Source: Thermoanaerobaculia bacterium (GTDB lineage Bacteria; Acidobacteriota; Thermoanaerobaculia; Multivoradales; Multivoraceae). Taken from it: a DNA stretch of 64,000 nt. The notes beneath the pieces are model-generated. The model was given only the letters and a program-made list of their open reading frames with translations. It did not search any database and was not told the origin of the DNA. A program made the position numbers and the translations under genes. Within the stretch, counting starts at the first letter, position 1. Every line of letters begins with the position of its first letter. The stretch spans positions 10,756 through 74,755 of the forward strand of contig CALOFD010000013.1 in assembly GCA_942492505.1 (NCBI GenBank). Reading direction: 5' to 3'. This document shows positions 31,138 through 43,412 of the stretch, piece after piece.

Positions 31138-31719
31138 ATGGCGTTCGGAAGAACCATCGTCGCGCCCCTGCCCCAGTGTTCGGAGTCCGAACTGCTCGAA
31201 CTGCATCGGGTGGGGGACACGGAGGCCTTCGAGGAGGTCTACACGCGACATGCGTCGATGGTCTACGCCCTGGCGATGCGGATGTGCGGAGATCCGTCCA
31301 GAGCCCAGGACCTGACCCAGGAGGTGTTCCTCAAGGTGTTTCGGTCGCTCGGAAGGTTCCGAGGCCGTTCGTCGCTCAAGACCTGGATCTACCGGGTCAC
31401 GCTGAACCACTGTCGCAGCCGGCTCGGCCGCCGGAGGATCGAAACGGAGTCTTTCGAGGCCGAGGATCTGGAACGACGCGCGGTGGATCCCGGACGCGGT
31501 CCCGAGAGCCGCAGCCTGGCGGCTGACGCCGAGCGCGCCGTCCAGGCGGCGCTGTGCGCCCTTCCCGGGCGTTTTCGGGAAGCCGTGATCCTGCGCGACC
31601 TCGAGGAGCTGTCCTACCGCGAGATCGCCGAGATCCTCGGCGTTCGGGTAGGGACCGTGCGGTCGCGGATCGCGCGGGGTCGCGACCGTCTGCGGGCCGA
31701 GCTGGAGAAGGAGTCATGA
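31138..31719 (+). CDS. ECF-type RNA polymerase sigma factor (sigma-70 group 4)
   Basis: Region 2 DLTQEVFLKVF...TWIYRVTLNHC; region 4 SYREIAEILGVRVGTVRSRIARGR. Confidence 0.9.
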   Translation: MAFGRTIVAPLPQCSESELLELHRVGDTEAFEEVYTRHASMVYALAMRMCGDPSRAQDLTQEVFLKVFRSLGRFRGRSSLKTWIYRVTLNHCRSRLGRRRIETESFEAEDLERRAVDPGRGPESRSLAADAERAVQAALCALPGRFREAVILRDLEELSYREIAEILGVRVGTVRSRIARGRDRLRAELEKES

Positions 31720-32352
31720 CTTCTCACCTTGCAACCGATGTCCTGTCTGCCTACCTCGATCGGGAGCTGGCACAGCGTCAGGCGGTCCGCGTGGAGCGAC
31801 ACCTGGTCGACTGCGCCGCCTGCCAGCAGCGCCTCGACGGTCTGCGCAGGGTGGTCGCGGACCTCAAGAGGGCGGGCGCTCCGACGATGCCCTCGACGGT
31901 GGTCGCGGGCCTGCGTCACCGCCTGCGCGCCGAGCAGCAGCCGCGAGGCTTCCTGCAGCGCTTCGAAGACCGTCTGCGAGAGATGGCGATTCCGCAGACT
32001 TCGATCGTGCTGGTCTTCGCCCTGGTGATGACCCTGGTCGGTCTGGTCTACGTCTTCGTATGGGGAGTCGACAGGGCAGGAGCCCGCCGCGACCAGCGGG
32101 TCGACCCGGCCGCGGGACTCGAGAGCGTCGAAGAAGTGGTTCTCTCGGGGAGAACGTTCGTGCGATCGGGCGACGCCTGGATCGAGGCGACGGTCATCGA
32201 TCGCCCGATCGCCCGCCGCCTGGGCTTCGATGCTGCGGACGAGGCGGCGATCCTGGGCCGCCGAACCGCTGCTCGGCGACCTCCTGCGCTCGGCCGACCT
32301 GGTCGTCGAGTGGCGCGGCGAAGCGGTACGGCTGGCTCGTCGGCCCGACTGA
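31716..32352 (+). CDS. Anti-sigma factor (zf-HC2, single TM); the 3' part probably changes frame near 32245-32255
   Basis: ATG overlaps the sigma stop; HLVDCAACQQRL motif; TM segment IVLVFALVMTLVGLVYVFVW. The frame-0 tail is Arg-rich and low-complexity, whereas the +1 frame reads SWAAEPLLGDLLRSADLVVEWRGEAVRLARRPD* (stop 32350-32352). Confidence 0.65.
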
Positions 32353-32379
32353 TAGGCCGCGGACGATCGGGTCAGAAGT

Positions 32380-32494
32380 CTGATCGAAGATCAGACGGAT
32401 CGCTGATCGAAGATCAGACGGATTGCTGATCGCAGATCAGACGGATTGCTGATCGAAGATCAGACGGATTGCTGATCGAAGATCAGACGGAGGC
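32380..32494. repeat. Tandem array, 5 x 23 bp (CTGATCGAAGATCAGACGGATTG); each unit contains the hairpin CTGATC-gaa-GATCAG
   Basis: Units start at 32380, 32403, 32426 (gca loop), 32449 and 32472. The array holds 10 GATC sites and lies between convergent genes. Confidence 0.95.
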
Positions 32495-34535
32495 CGAGGG
32501 TGTAGGTCTTGCCCTCGATCTCCAGGGTGTCGCCGACCTTGCGGCCCATGATCGACTGGGCCAGTTCCGACTCGTACGACACGATGCCGTCCTCGGGCGA
32601 ACTCTCCCAGGGGCCCAGGATGGTCAGCGTCCGCGACTCGTCGCCCACGAGGTCGAGGTGGGTGCCGATCCGGACCTCGGAACAGTCGACGGTGTCGAGT
32701 TCCAGGACCTGGGTGCGCCCCAGCTGTCCGTCGAGCTGGGCCGCCATCGACGACAGGTACTCGTGACGTTGGCGCGCCGACTTGTACTCGAAGTTCTCCC
32801 GCAGGTCGCCCATCTCGCGGGCTTCCTCGATGGCCTTGCGGTTGGCGGGAATCTCTTCCTCGAGCAGTTTTCGGAGTTCCGCGCGCTTGTCGAGCAACGA
32901 GGTCTCGAGCGCGTAGATGGGCTGGTCTTCTTCGGAGCGAAGCTGCGGGAACTTCAAGTGGATCGTCGTGATGAGCGGGTCGCGCTGGTGGCGGGGCAGG
33001 CCGACGCTTCGCAGCAGGGCTTCTTCGGCGTCGGCGGCCTCCCTCTCGTCGAACAGGGCGATCAGGTGCGCCATGCTGCCACCGGAATCGGTCTGGTCGA
33101 GGAGGCGCTTGCGGTAGGTGGAGAAGTTCTCCTGCGGAATGGAGGACAGCACCTTCTTGAACATCCTGGGTCCCACCGTCTCGAGGATCTTCTCGTCCTT
33201 CGCGGCCCTCTCCGCGAGCCAGGTGAAGAATCCGGGGCCTCGAACCGGTTGCGCCAGGCAACGATCGACGGCACGCCGCCATTCCTGGGGTGCCTCCTTG
33301 CGCAGCGGAGCGGAGAGCTTCTTGAGGAGTTTCGGCTCGCTCTCGGAGGGCAGGGCCCGGGCGTACAGGTCGTGCCAGTCCTCGCGCAGCTCGCGGATCA
33401 GTTCGTAGAGCCGCTCGCGAGGCGCCCGGCTGTCGATGTTGTTGAGCAGACGCAGGGGATCGGCCGAGGTTTCGACCAGGGCCTTCGGCGAGAACAGTTC
33501 CTCTTCGATCTCGATGCCCGCTCGCTCGAGGCCGTGGCCGATCTCGAAGGCAGCACTGGGGTCGTCGCTGAGGGCGTTGGTCGCCAGCCGAGCGAGGGTG
33601 CGCATCATTCGCTCGCGTAGCCGTTCGTCCTCGTTGGCGGCCCGGCGCAGGAGTTCGATCTTGGTTCGGGTGGACGCCGAGTCGAAGCTCTTCCAGAGCG
33701 CGCCGCGGGCGTCTTCGGTCGTCTCGACCCAGACGTAGGCGTTACGCACCTCGGGACTGGCGACGATCTGCGGGTGTTTGCGGGCCGCCGTCCACCAGGT
33801 GCTCCAGCGCTGTGGCGTCACGAAGCCGTGCAGGGCGTCTCGAAGGTCGGCGGCGGTCATCGGCCTGCCGAAGCTTTCGAGGATCTCGGCCAGGATCTCG
33901 CTTGGAGCCGCATCGGCGAGGCTGTCGGGCTCGGTGACCTTGCGGGCGAGGACGTGCTCGTCCGGCAGAGCTTCGAGGACCTTGGAGGCGGCCCGGAAGC
34001 CGACCCTCAGCTGGCCCTTGCCGTCGATGTCGATCTGGAAGCTCTCCAGACCCTGGTTGACTTCGGTGATCACTCCGACGCCCTTGCCGGTCATGTAGAC
34101 CACGGTGCTCTCGTCGAAGCGCAGCAGGCTCTCGAGGCGCCCGACCTTGTCCCAGAGCACTTTCGTGTCCCTGCATGTCTTGGCCAGTCCGACGGTCTGC
34201 ACCAGCCCGTCGAACGACGTCGCGTCGCCGTGGAGGTGGTGCAGGGTCTCGAGAATGACGCTCTGCAGGCGCCCGATCGAGTGTTGGATGTCGCCGGTGC
34301 GGCGCAGGAACTCGAGGTGGAGCTCCCAGTCGCCGGACTCCTGGATCTGCTCGTCGAGGATCTCGAGCAGCATCTGGGCGCGTTCCGTTTCACCCGCTCC
34401 GACGAGGGAACGCGCCACGGAGGCGAAGGTCGAGATGTCTTCGGGGGAGTCGTCGACTCTTGCGAGCCACTCGGATTCGACGGCGTCGAAGTCCTTTTTT
34501 TCGATGTTGAGACGAGTGCGGCGAGGAAGTACCAT
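32460..34535 (-). CDS. Large GreA/GreB-domain protein (C-terminal Gre-like coiled-coil plus FKBP-like domain; possible CarD/TRCF-like RNAP-binding domain near residue 150)
   Basis: 691 aa. The C-terminus ...AIEEAREMGDLRENFEYKSARQRHEYL...VRIGTHLDL...VSYESELAQSIMGRKVGDTLEI resembles GreA. The segment VVYMTGKGVGVITEV resembles the CarD_TRCF motif. The last 9 codons are encoded by the 23-bp repeat array. Confidence 0.75.
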   Translation of the reverse strand: MVLPRRTRLNIEKKDFDAVESEWLARVDDSPEDISTFASVARSLVGAGETERAQMLLEILDEQIQESGDWELHLEFLRRTGDIQHSIGRLQSVILETLHHLHGDATSFDGLVQTVGLAKTCRDTKVLWDKVGRLESLLRFDESTVVYMTGKGVGVITEVNQGLESFQIDIDGKGQLRVGFRAASKVLEALPDEHVLARKVTEPDSLADAAPSEILAEILESFGRPMTAADLRDALHGFVTPQRWSTWWTAARKHPQIVASPEVRNAYVWVETTEDARGALWKSFDSASTRTKIELLRRAANEDERLRERMMRTLARLATNALSDDPSAAFEIGHGLERAGIEIEEELFSPKALVETSADPLRLLNNIDSRAPRERLYELIRELREDWHDLYARALPSESEPKLLKKLSAPLRKEAPQEWRRAVDRCLAQPVRGPGFFTWLAERAAKDEKILETVGPRMFKKVLSSIPQENFSTYRKRLLDQTDSGGSMAHLIALFDEREAADAEEALLRSVGLPRHQRDPLITTIHLKFPQLRSEEDQPIYALETSLLDKRAELRKLLEEEIPANRKAIEEAREMGDLRENFEYKSARQRHEYLSSMAAQLDGQLGRTQVLELDTVDCSEVRIGTHLDLVGDESRTLTILGPWESSPEDGIVSYESELAQSIMGRKVGDTLEIEGKTYTLGLRLIFDQQSV

Positions 34536-34634
34536 GAGGCTTGCAAGTTATCAGTTTCCGAAGGCCTTCGGGGGCTTTCAGGAGGTCTGTAGACGCGATC
34601 CTGATTGACCGCGCGTGTCGCTGGTCAATAGAGT

Positions 34635-35612
34635 GTGGAACACTCGCAAGACATGCGCGACCTGGCGCCAGAAGAGAAGAAGGTTCACCCCTGGGAAGAT
34701 GCTCCTGACGGCGCCGGCGGCAGCTTTGGCGGCTGGCTGCGCCAGCATCGCGAGATTCGCGGCATCTCGTTGCGTGAGATCTCCGACAGCTCGAAGATCA
34801 GCATTCGTTATCTCGAGGCACTGGAGGCCAGCCGGTTTTCCGTTCTGCCTGCTCCGGTCTTCGCGAAGGGCTTTCTGAGGCAGTACGCAAGCCTCGTGGG
34901 CCTCGACCCGGACGAGGTCGTCAACTTCTACATCGTCGCCCAGAAGGACTCTCCCGACGAAGAAGACCTGCTTCCGCAGGGTTCGCGACTCCATTCGGCC
35001 ACCCACTGGGCCTACGGCTTCTTTCTCACCTTCGGGATCGTGGCGCTGTTCGGGATCGTGGCACTGTTGTCCTTTCTGGCCGAGCGGCGACAACCCGCCG
35101 ATGAAGACCCGCCCCCGATGGCGGCGCCGGTCTTCCAGAACTCTGTTCTCCCGACGCCGATCGAGGCTGAGCAACCTTCGGTGCCGCTGCTCGTGACCCT
35201 GGACTTCGTGCAGGACTGCTGGGTCGAGGCCGTGGTCGACGGCGAGAACACGGTGGCTGAACTGCGCGTTCAGGGTGAATCCCTGCGGATTCAGGCTCAG
35301 CGAAGCGTCGCACTGACTCTCGGCAACGCACCGGGGGTCAGCATCCAGGTGAATGGCGAGGACTACCTGTTGCCTGAGGGAACGGGAGAGACCATCGCCG
35401 GGCACATGATCCTCGCTCCGGTCGTGCCGGAGCCGATCGCCCTGTCCGGGGACGACGATTCCCCGACGGGATCTGAGGGCGGCGGTGCGACCTCCGGCGG
35501 CGGAGAGGACTCGCCCGACGTCGATTCCGGCCCGCCAGGTGGACAGCTGCCCTCCACCGGGGGCCGGTCTCCGATCGGCGGTTCGACCGGCTCGCCGGCA
35601 CCCCGACCCTGA
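34635..35612 (+). CDS. RodZ-like cytoskeleton protein (XRE-type HTH, TM segment, DUF4115-like domain, low-complexity tail)
   Basis: FGGWLRQHREIRGISLREISDSSKISIRYLEALE (HTH); TM FFLTFGIVALFGIVALLSFL; the C-terminal beta-rich domain LVTLDFVQDCWVEAVVDG. The start could instead be the ATG at 34653. Confidence 0.75.
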   Translation: MEHSQDMRDLAPEEKKVHPWEDAPDGAGGSFGGWLRQHREIRGISLREISDSSKISIRYLEALEASRFSVLPAPVFAKGFLRQYASLVGLDPDEVVNFYIVAQKDSPDEEDLLPQGSRLHSATHWAYGFFLTFGIVALFGIVALLSFLAERRQPADEDPPPMAAPVFQNSVLPTPIEAEQPSVPLLVTLDFVQDCWVEAVVDGENTVAELRVQGESLRIQAQRSVALTLGNAPGVSIQVNGEDYLLPEGTGETIAGHMILAPVVPEPIALSGDDDSPTGSEGGGATSGGGEDSPDVDSGPPGGQLPSTGGRSPIGGSTGSPAPRP

Positions 35613-35621
35613 GGGCTGTCC

Positions 35622-36662
35622 TTGGACGAATTCTCGACCGAGAAGGAACTCGCGGCTCGGGTGTTGTCGGGAGAGGAGCCCCGCCTGCTGGAACTCGCAG
35701 CGCAGGGACTCCTGCCGATCTCGGTCGAGAAGCTGATCGAACTGCAGCTCGAACTGGGCCGATCGAGCGATCCTCGTCTGGCCGAGATGGCGATCGCCAC
35801 TCTCAAGGAGTCGGAGCCGGCGGCCGTCAGTGAAGTTCTCGAGTCGGCCTCGGAGGAGGTTCTCGAGTTCGCCTGCCGCAAGCTCGCCCACCCGGTGATT
35901 CTCGAGAGCGTCCTGATGCGCCCGAGGCTCGATCCGTCGCTGATCGGCTACCTGGCGTCGTGGGTCGGGCCTGACCTGCAGGAGTTCGTACTGCTGCGTC
36001 AGGACGAGATCCGCTCCCGGCCCGAGATCCTCGGACGTCTGGCGTCGAATCCGTCGGTGAGCCGACGCTCGCTGCGTTTGATCGAGGAGTATCGGCGCCA
36101 TCTGGTCGGGCAGCGGCGCGACTCTGGAGTCGGCCAGGTCGGGGACGTCGAGGAGGTCTTCGATCTCGACGATCGGCCGTCTCCGGAGGAGATCCTCGAG
36201 GTCATCGAGCAGGCCGCCCAGGCACCGGTGGAGGGCGAGGTCGATGTCGAGTCGGGACTGAGCGAGGGGCAGATCCGATCGCTTCCCGTGGGCCTGCGGA
36301 TGAAGCTGTGCTTCGGCGCCACTCGAACCGTCCGTGACATCCTGTTGCGTGACAACAATCCCCAGATCGCCGTCGGAGCGTTGAAACACTCCTCGATCTC
36401 CGACGCCGAGGTCGAAGGCATCGCTCAGCAGCGCAACGTCGTGCAGGAGGTGCTGGTGGAAATCTCGCAGAAGCGACGATGGATGTCGCGCTACGGCACC
36501 ATGCTGGCCCTGGTGCGAAATCCGAGGACGCCCGTTGGGATCGCCCTGCGCTACGTGCCGCGTGTCGCCGTGCGTGACCTGCGAACCCTGAGCATGGACC
36601 GCAGCATCGCCGATCCGGTCCGCAAGACCGCACGACGGGTCTACAGTCAGAAGATCGGCTAG
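35622..36662 (+). CDS. Hypothetical alpha-helical repeat protein
   Basis: 346-aa ORF, TTG start 10 nt after the rodZ-like stop. Coding-like composition, no motif I can name. Confidence 0.55.
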   Translation: MDEFSTEKELAARVLSGEEPRLLELAAQGLLPISVEKLIELQLELGRSSDPRLAEMAIATLKESEPAAVSEVLESASEEVLEFACRKLAHPVILESVLMRPRLDPSLIGYLASWVGPDLQEFVLLRQDEIRSRPEILGRLASNPSVSRRSLRLIEEYRRHLVGQRRDSGVGQVGDVEEVFDLDDRPSPEEILEVIEQAAQAPVEGEVDVESGLSEGQIRSLPVGLRMKLCFGATRTVRDILLRDNNPQIAVGALKHSSISDAEVEGIAQQRNVVQEVLVEISQKRRWMSRYGTMLALVRNPRTPVGIALRYVPRVAVRDLRTLSMDRSIADPVRKTARRVYSQKIG

Positions 36663-36674
36663 GGTCGTTCGTCG

Positions 36675-37289
36675 ATGAAGAACTACTACTCCATTCTCGG
36701 CGTCGGCCGGAGCGCCCCGACCGATGAGATTCGTCGCCGATTCCACGAGTTGGCCCGCCTGAAGCACCCGGACCGGTTCCGTGGAGAGGCGAAGCAGGCG
36801 GCGGAGGCCGAGTTCCAGTCGATCACCGAGGCGTTCAATGTCCTGCGCAACGAGAGTCGCCGCCGACAGCACGACCAGGAACTGTCACAGACTCCCGTGG
36901 AACGTCGCCCCCAGGAACCCGAGCGGATGGTCCAGGCCTATCTCCAACGCGGCGTCAAGGCGTTCCGTGAGGGGCAGTGGACGGTCGCTGCCGATGCCTT
37001 TTCCCGTGCCACCGGGGTCGATCCGACGAACGCCAAGGCCTGGCACTACATGGCCCTGGCGTGTTCGAGAGATCCACGCAGGCTGTCACGCGCGATGTCG
37101 GCGATCCAGAAGGCCTGCGAGCTCGAACCGATGAACGCGGCCTTCCTGAAGATGGCTGGACAACTCTTTGCCGGTCGTGGACTCACACGAAGGGCGCTGA
37201 GATTCTATAATCAGGCACTCCAATGGGGAGGACCTGACGAGGCGATCGAAGAGGCCATTGCACGGCTTCAGTCGCTGGACGGTGGCTAG
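36675..37289 (+). CDS. J-domain protein with TPR-like C-terminus
   Basis: NYYSILGVGRSAPTDEIRRRFHELARLKHPDR (J-domain with HPD); the C-terminal half has TPR-like repeats (AKAWHYMALAC...). Confidence 0.85.
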   Translation: MKNYYSILGVGRSAPTDEIRRRFHELARLKHPDRFRGEAKQAAEAEFQSITEAFNVLRNESRRRQHDQELSQTPVERRPQEPERMVQAYLQRGVKAFREGQWTVAADAFSRATGVDPTNAKAWHYMALACSRDPRRLSRAMSAIQKACELEPMNAAFLKMAGQLFAGRGLTRRALRFYNQALQWGGPDEAIEEAIARLQSLDGG

Positions 37290-37333
37290 GCCTCGCGTCT
37301 CGGGTAGGATGGGCATTCGTTGGGGGATTCTGG

Positions 37334-38089
37334 ATGAAATTTCGCGCAGCCGGACTCAGCGACACCGGCTTGGCTCGCGAGCACAACGAGGACTGTTTCG
37401 GGATCGACGGTGCGTCCCGGCTGTTCGTCGTCGCCGATGGGATGGGAGGCCACTCCTTCGGTGAGGTTGCCTCGCGGATTTCGATCGACAGCATCGTCGA
37501 CTTCATGAAGTCCGACTCCGCCGACGGTTCGGTGGACGGTCAGGAACTCCAGCCTCAGTCGAGGAGACTGAAGACAGCGATCGAACGGGCCCAGGACGAC
37601 GTCCTCGGAGCCATCGAGCAGGACGAGTCGCTGCGCGGAATGGGGACGACGGTCGTCGGACTGCTCCTCGACGGAGAGACCGGCACGCTGGCGCATGTCG
37701 GAGACAGTCGCCTCTACCGGCTGCGCGGAGAAGAGTTCGAGCAGATGACCGAGGATCACACCTGGGTCAACGAACAGGTGATGGCCGGCTATCTGACCGC
37801 AGAACAGGCGCGCACCCACCCTCTGCGGAATGTCGTGACACGAGCGCTGGGAGGCGAGGCCAACGTCCAGGTGGAAGTCACCGAGGTTCCGGTCCAGGAG
37901 GGAGACATCTTCCTGTTGTGCTCCGACGGATTGACCGGAATGCTTCGCGACAGCGAGATCCAGGACCTCCTGGAGAACGGTGAGGATCTCGATCAGACCT
38001 GCCAGAGTCTTGTCGACGCCGCCAACGATCGTGGTGGCGGCGACAACATCACCGTAGTCCTGGTCTCGGTAGAGCGCGACGGCGCTTGA
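37334..38089 (+). CDS. PP2C-family Ser/Thr protein phosphatase
   Basis: GLAREHNEDCF, FVVADGMGGHSFGEVAS, LLCSDGLTGML, GGGDNITVV. Confidence 0.9.
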   Translation: MKFRAAGLSDTGLAREHNEDCFGIDGASRLFVVADGMGGHSFGEVASRISIDSIVDFMKSDSADGSVDGQELQPQSRRLKTAIERAQDDVLGAIEQDESLRGMGTTVVGLLLDGETGTLAHVGDSRLYRLRGEEFEQMTEDHTWVNEQVMAGYLTAEQARTHPLRNVVTRALGGEANVQVEVTEVPVQEGDIFLLCSDGLTGMLRDSEIQDLLENGEDLDQTCQSLVDAANDRGGGDNITVVLVSVERDGA

Positions 38090-38119
38090 GGCCGTAGCCG
38101 CAGTTCTCGAGGAGTCCGA

Positions 38120-41008
<2,889 letters not shown>

Positions 41009-41074
41009 TCGCGGCGGCCGGGAGGCCCTGAGCCTCCGAACGTGGGCCGGTCGACCCTTCGGCGGCGCCGCCCC

Positions 41075-42647
41075 TCAGATCGACGGCGACGCTGGGGTCT
41101 GCAGGGACAGCGCGAACTCCATGGCGTCGGCGAGGGCCGCCCAGCTGGCCTCGATGATGTTGGTGGACGCTCCGACGGTCGTGAACCGGTGTTGGCCGAG
41201 TTCCGAGTCGATCAGCACCCGGGTGGTGGCAGCGGTCCCCTCGGCGTCGAGAATGCGCACCTTGTAGTCCCGCAGTTCCAGCTCCTCGAGCTGCGGATAG
41301 TGCGGCAGGAGGGCCTTGCGCAGGGCGAGGTTGAGGGCGTTGACCGGTCCGTTGCCGTCGGCGACGGTGTGGGCGATTTCCTCACCGATCCGCACCTTGA
41401 CGGTCGCCTCCGAGAAGAGCCCGCGGCCCTCCCGGTGTTCGACCACGGCCATGAAGTCGACCAGCTCGAAAGGCGCCTGGTAGTCGTCTTCGGCGCGCTG
41501 CAGCATGACCTGCACCGAGGCCTCGGCGCCTTCGAAGGTGTAGCCCTTGTTCTCGAGTTCCTTGACCTGTTGCAGGACCTTGCGGGCGTTCTCGTGGCGC
41601 GAGTCGAGTCCGTGACGATCGGCGAGGTCGAGGATGTTGCCGCGCCCGGAGAGCTCCGAGACGACGCTTCGGCTGATGTTCCCGACCGTGCTCGGGTCGA
41701 TGTGCTGGTAGCTGTCGACGGCCTTGCGCATGGCGGCGACGTGGATGCCGCCCTTGTGGGCGAAGGCGCTGTGGCCGACGAACGGCAGGTGGTCGTCGTG
41801 GGGGATGTTGGCCAGTTCGGCGACGAAGCTCGACAGTTCGGTGAGTTTCGACAGCTGTTCGGCGCTGACGCACTCGATCCCCATCTTGAGCTGCAGGTCG
41901 GGGACGATCGCCGTCAGGTTGGCGTTCGCGACCCGTTCACCGTAGCCGTTGATGGTGCCCTGAACCATCACGCAGCCTGCCCGTACCGCGGCGAGCGAGT
42001 TCGCGACGCCACAGCCGCCGTCGTCGTGGGTGTGGATCCCCAGCCGGGTCGAGGTCGCCGCTCGCACCGGCCGTGACGATCTCCTCGATCTCCCAGGGAA
42101 GCGAGCCGCCGTTGGTGTCGCACAGCACCAGGAAATCCGCGCCGGCCTTCTCGGCCGCCAACAGTGTCCCCAGCGCGTGATCCGGATCGGCCTTCCAGCC
42201 GTCGAAGAAGTGCTCGGCGTCGTAGACCACCTCACGCCCGAGATCCTTCAGATAGGCGACGCTGTCGCCGATCATCGCCCGATTCTCTTCGGCGGTCGTT
42301 TCGATCACCTCACGGACGTGCAGATCCCAGCTCTTCCCGACGAGCGTCACCACCGGTGTGTCGGCGGTCACCAACGCCTGGATGTTGGCGTCCTCCGAGC
42401 ACGACGTGTCCTTGTACCGAGTGCTGCCGAAGGCACAGATCCGCGCCTGCTCGAGGTCGAGTTCCCGTACCCGCTCGAAGAACTCGACGTCCTTCGGATT
42501 CGATCCCGGCCAGCCCCCCTCGATGTAGGGCACCCCGAACTCGTCCAGCCGAGCCGCGATCTTCAGCTTGTCGCTCAGCGACAGCGAGATCGACTCGCGT
42601 TGCGTTCCGTCGCGTAACGTCGTGTCGTAGAGAAAGAATTCGCTCAT
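41075..42647 (-). CDS. cimA: (R)-citramalate synthase-type LeuA-family enzyme, frame-disrupted as written (one extra G in CCGGCC at 42067-42072)
   Basis: N-terminal [21 protein letters not shown]...[10 protein letters not shown]...[11 protein letters not shown]. The C-terminal ORF ...[28 protein letters not shown]...LeuA dimerisation domain is in another frame. 1573 nt minus 1 gives 524 codons. Confidence 0.85.
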
Positions 42648-42861
42648 CGTGCTGCTCTCCTGAAAGGAGGCCCCAGGCCCCCGTTGACGGACCGATCAGG
42701 CCGTCGCAGGAATGCAACTCGCAACGGCAAGAGCCGTCACGGCGTTCTCCTCAGAAGCGAATGACACGAGATCCCTCAACATGGGCCGCGGATCGTACCC
42801 CGCACCCTCCCCCTCGAGCAAGCGAGCGGCAACCCCCCAGGGTGGCCCCGGCCGCGGGCAA

Positions 42862-42907
42862 GGTCACCAGTCGGGGCCTGGGGAGGAAGCGATCAGCCCT
42901 CGATGGG
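42862..42907 (+). repeat. M2 module, copy C
   Basis: GGTCACCAGTCGGGGCCTGGGGAGGAAGCGATCAGCCCTCGATGGG matches the reverse complement of 21705-21757. Confidence 0.75.
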
Positions 42908-43290
42908 ACGCGGGCAACCCTTCGGGTTGCGGCAACCCCTCGGGTTGCTTGGCAGTTGCTTCGCAACTGCCGGCAACAAGAAGGGGCGAACCGTTCCAGT
43001 TGCTCGGAGGCTCACACTTTGCTTGCTTCGGACGTCGCGAGGGAATGGAGTTCCCGCCAGCGATCTCCGAAGGGTTCCCGGCGTGCTTCGAATCGTTGCA
43101 GCGAGGGTCAGCGCCGCTCGTCCCCAACCAGGGCTGCCCCCCCCGGTCACCCTTGAGCCACGGCCTCCCAGGTTCGCGCTCAAGTCCGATTCGAAATCGA
43201 TTGTGAAGACAATCGCCGCACATCGAAGCCTTTCCCGACCACTGTCGCCAGGAGTTCGCGTAAAGCGAGATGCGACCCTTAGGGTTGCCC

Positions 43291-43406
43291 CTGAGAGTGC
43301 GTAGCGTGCGTCGAATCGTCGTAGCGCAGGAGCGAGGCGCGGAGGGGTAGCGGAGCTACCCCGCACAAGCCGAGTGACGAGCACACGGCGAGGCGGCGTA
43401 CGATCC
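43291..43406 (-). repeat. M1 module, copy C
   Basis: The reverse complement GGATCGTACGCCGCCTCGCCGTGTGCTCG...GGGGTAGCTCCGCTACCCC...CTACGACGATTCGACGCACGC aligns to M1. Confidence 0.8.
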
Positions 43407-43412
43407 GCACTC

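Larger units (their letters stand above)
42783..43406 (-). repeat. Composite hairpin-rich intergenic repeat element, copy C (inverted relative to copy A)
   Basis: GGCCGCGGATCGTACCCC at 42783 and the inverted GGATCGTAC at 43398-43406. Contains M2(+), the hairpins at 42914-42930, 42932-42948 and 42951-42971, and M1(-). Confidence 0.8.

Noticed and set aside
38090-38119. Glycine riboswitch upstream of gcvP
   Set aside because: Only 30 nt separate the PP2C stop from the gcvP start, which is too short for even a single glycine aptamer.
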